Below, one piece after another: positions 60,801-64,000 of a stretch of DNA of 64,000 nt. Numbering within the stretch: the first letter of the stretch is position 1; the number at the start of each line of letters is the position of its first letter. A program made the position numbers and the translations under genes. The DNA is from Pavona decussata (taxonomy: Eukaryota). The notes below the pieces were generated by a model, which searched no databases, was not told the DNA's origin, and saw nothing but the letters and a program-made list of their open reading frames with translations. The stretch spans positions 3,162,001-3,226,000 of the forward strand of contig CDRNST010000008.1 of the NCBI GenBank assembly GCA_977016875.1, given 5' to 3'.

Positions 60801-60936
60801 TTGTAGTTTTCATGTCATCGAAAACCATGTGCGTACGCTTCATTAAGTTTATTGCCAAAATAGCCGGTACCAGCTTATTACCTGTCAACAAACCCACTGC
60901 TAAAAGCAGAGAAAGGACAACTGGACGATTTCGCAT
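54880..60936 (-). CDS. Gene B: secreted Gly/Met-rich low-complexity protein, isoform 1, about 591 aa; exons 60936-60882, 59653-59627, 59460-58744, 56623-56594, 55826-54880
   Basis: Signal peptide MRNRPVVLSLLLAVGLLT|DVSDG-RPPK. All introns are phase-1 GT-AG; total 1776 nt in frame. The last exon has (GGM)n, an acidic EEDFKDDEMEVDNDNDDDDNDDE block and a Lys-rich tail; AATAAA at 54795-54790 and 54587-54582; upstream UTR donor near 61040. Confidence 0.8.
55990..56520. mobile_element. About 530-bp fold-back MITE in a gene B intron
   Basis: Long inverted arms: atcccaacggcggaggtgacga...ggctagaataactgaaatatatttgtt...tttcggtttgcaatacaaacctt versus aaggtttgtattgcaaaccgaaa...aacaaatatatttcagttattctagcc...tcgtcacctccgccgttgggat. 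Confidence 0.85.
56739..57872. mobile_element. Non-autonomous Crypton-like repeat with internal inverted duplication
   Basis: Starts taattactcaggtgattata...aaaatggccgc, ends gagcctgaggcgagtaattgttaaata; inverted duplication catgctggaaataaagaaact...ttttgctcgaaagtaatttgttg (56970-57030) versus 57138-57182. Family assignment is from recall. Confidence 0.5.
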
Positions 60937-63454
60937 CTTCTTCAATTCCTCGCTGATAAACGAAAGAGGAAAAAAAAATACAGCCATGTAACTTTTACAA
61001 AAAGGCACAACATCTATAAACTAATAAAACTGGTCTTACCAATAACGTCAACCACGTTATGCAGACCACGGTTTCTAAACTGCTACTAAAGGAAAATAGC
61101 ACAATAGCATCTGTGTGACAAGCCAATACATCCTTGGCCTTAATGAATGACTGCATAAAGAACACAGACTTAAAAGTACAGGGGATGGAACTAATCTGTT
61201 ATTGTTTCTAGAAAATGTGAATACGCAACTGATTATACGTGCATTCGGTTCCCGTTAATGTTTGTATTTTATCAAATACCAGGTATCTCCCCTCACAAGT
61301 TTTATGCTATTGACTAGTTGATAGTGAACCTCCTATTTACTGTAACGTTCATATGATCTTCGATATTTGCAGTGTCTCGGGCGTTGGTTTGTTTTTCCTT
61401 TTTAAAAGAAACTTCTGATAAATCTTGGCAGGTATTAACAATATTATCACCATAGACGCTCAAAATATAACCGTAGCTAAAACAATTATCTAATCTTAAT
61501 TAAGAACAGTCAATGTAAATTACGAGAGTAGAAATGAAAGAAAATCCTACCTGAGACTGAATACATGGCGCTAGTAACTTACCTTTAGGATGGAGAACTG
61601 TTAATGATATTGGTCAAATACATTTGCGCCAAGCCACAAGACCGTAAATTTAGCCTGTTGATGTAAGAATAAGATATTTTGCTAACCCAGATGATGAATT
61701 TCAAGTTTTTTGCCATTAAATATTTAAAACTTTAGCAAAAAATATTTCTCTCTCTGTTGCTAGGACACAATAGCAAAGATGTCTACTTTCTCAGATTAAA
61801 TGAGCCAAATATGACTTCTATGTCTATGAGCCATTCATGACTGGGAACTTCTTTTCTTGAAAAAAGGTTTTTAAGCGTAAAGGGATCAAAGGTCTTAATA
61901 CTCCGCTTTGTTGACTGATTAACTAACAAATCGAATCTTTAAGTTGTGCCAAGGACTCGTATTATAAGGTTATTGAACACAGACATGGCCCTTTTGGCAG
62001 CGCAGTGGCCATATGAGCTAATTCAATGCAACAGACATTCAAACCGGAATAGAATGTTTATGATCTAATGTGACCTTTCAAGCTTGTGAAAGGTTACGAA
62101 GACGCAGTTGGTTCTTAATCACGGAGGTGTAAAATAGGTTGCCACTCCCAGTTTGTTTTATTTTCATCAAAATTGTAAATAATTGTGTTTAACCAAGTGT
62201 GTGATACCTAAGCGGATCAGGAAGATCTTCGCCGGTTTGCCCATTGGTTTTCTTTTCTTTTTTTTTTTTCTTTTTCTTTTTGAATCGCTCGAAAGAAGTT
62301 TTGCCATTTCATCTGAACCTTCTGTTATTAAAATTTTATTTAATACAGTGAACTTTACACAATTATTCATGTGTTAATATAATATATTTTTTAAGTTTTA
62401 GATCTATTTATTTATTGTTTTCATTTTACACACTTAAACCTCTTAGGAACCAATCATTATTTATCCCGCCTAGGGAGGTTTGGAGGATTTTGGTATGAAA
62501 CCAGGTTAAAATATTTGATCCCTTCTCAAACAGCTTTGTTATTTTCATGCACCCCAAATGGACACTATAATTCCCTGAACACCACCCTCTCACCACTTCG
62601 TTCCTGAACACACTAATCATTACTACCCGTTTGATTTTCCACGGTTCAGTAAATCCTTTCCGTGTTTCCAGTTTATAATTCACAAATATTGTATAATTTA
62701 CAGTTGAGAGAACCTATTTGACACTGGAGTCAACAAACACTGTTTTTCGAGCTCGGGTCATGTTAATTTGTAAATAATTTACTGAGTTAAAATAAACTAT
62801 ATGTCTACGTCCATGCCTGTGTAAGACGCAGAAAAACTCTGGAACGAGCCTACGCAAGCTAGGGTTCATGAGAAGGACAAAGACAAATGCATGATTTCAA
62901 ACCGTGCTAGGAGGACCGGGAGGTGCTCCAGTTAAATGGTTGGTATAAGAAACCTGCATGGCAAGTCCTCTTAAATTTATTAACCTACGGAAATGGTTAA
63001 AAATTCGGCGTGAACCTTATCATCATACTCAGTACACGATGAAAACAAATGAGCTCAAATGGGCTTTTTTTTTGGGGGGGGGGGGGGTGTCGCTTTATTT
63101 TGAGATGAGAGGGTTTAGCTAAGACTACCCCTTTCTAGTCTCAGCTAAACTCCCTACGCTCCACTCTGGGATAGAAATAATGAATGGTCCCTTAACGAGC
63201 TTTTATTAAGGTCCTCGGTGCTGCGTGTATAAATAAAAAAACAACAACAGAGCAAGGGCATTTTATCCTTATTTAAATTTACATATGGTGCAGGGATTGG
63301 TTCTTTGTGTGCTGCAATTGTAGAATTCAATGGCATACGGTAAGTACGCATTCTCAGGCCCTTACGCGCACTTGTTAATTTCCAGCGAGAGGAAAGATCG
63401 CCTTACGACATACCCAGCCCAGCCCAGCTAGTTCCCAGTTGGCTTGATAGCTCA

Positions 63455-63790
63455 GTTTATAACGCCCTAGTCCAGACCCATCTCGACTACTGTAGCCCCG
63501 TTTGGGATGGCTTAAGTAACTATTTAGGTGAAAACCTCCAAACACTACAAAACCGTGTAGCTAGGGTGATTTTGAAGGCAATTGCGAAACAAGCTCCAGC
63601 ATGCTACTCGAAACACTAAATTGTCAGTGAGACGAAAGAAAATAAAACGCATTGATGACGTTTAAGTCCCTTAAGAAACTAGCCCCAGTGTACTTGTAGG
63701 ACCTATTCAACAAACGAAGAACAGACTACGATTTACAAAATTCTTTTGGTAAATTGACATTGCATGCCCAAGCCGCGCACTAACTATTTC
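63455..63790 (+). mobile_element. Decayed LINE ORF2 C-terminal fragment
   Basis: YNALVQTHLDYCSPVWDGLSNYLGENLQTLQNRVARVILKA...FKSLKKLAPVYL*, broken by frameshifts and stops. Confidence 0.8.
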
Positions 63791-64000
63791 AGAGGTCATG
63801 GGTTCGCATCCTGTTCAAGCCTGTTTAAGTTATGATGATTTTTTCTCCTTATCCGCAGACCAGTTCGTTTATTCCAATTTGAATATTGAATATGAGGTTC
63901 TTAGGGAGAGACGCTCTTAACATCGCATTCTTGGGGGAAGTCGTTTCTTTCAAAGGGCTACCTTAAGAAATTTGAACGAAGCATGAAATGTTGTCGCTAC

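Overview
Eukaryotic, AT-rich genomic DNA with GT-AG introns. Its repeat repertoire (palindromic MITEs, Crypton/DUF3504, DIRS/Ngaro, Mag-type Gypsy, CR1/L2-like LINEs, Penelope, tRNA-SINE) points to a cnidarian, probably a stony coral; this taxon is inferred. Recognisable genes are the 3' part of a spliced cyclic-nucleotide-binding-domain gene (CNBD2-like, +, 407-7808), an intronless MFSD6-like transporter (+, 12742-14616) and a frameshifted last exon of a rhodopsin-class GPCR (-, about 21.3-21.8 kb). The 15-35 kb stretch is mostly nested transposon remains. The main finding lies at 36-61 kb: three adjacent multi-exon genes that the ORF track shows only as fragments but that assemble by hand with consistent splice phases. 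All three encode signal-peptide proteins with no domain I recognise. Gene A (-, about 530 aa) is Gly/Gln/Glu-rich and ends in CxC. Gene C (+, 147 aa) is a basic, dibasic-site-rich prepropeptide-like protein ending in Gly. Gene B (-) has two tandemly duplicated, apparently alternative last exons carrying different Gly-Met repeat modules, and only one of them has an Asp-rich block. Gene models are manual and unverified by transcripts or database searches.
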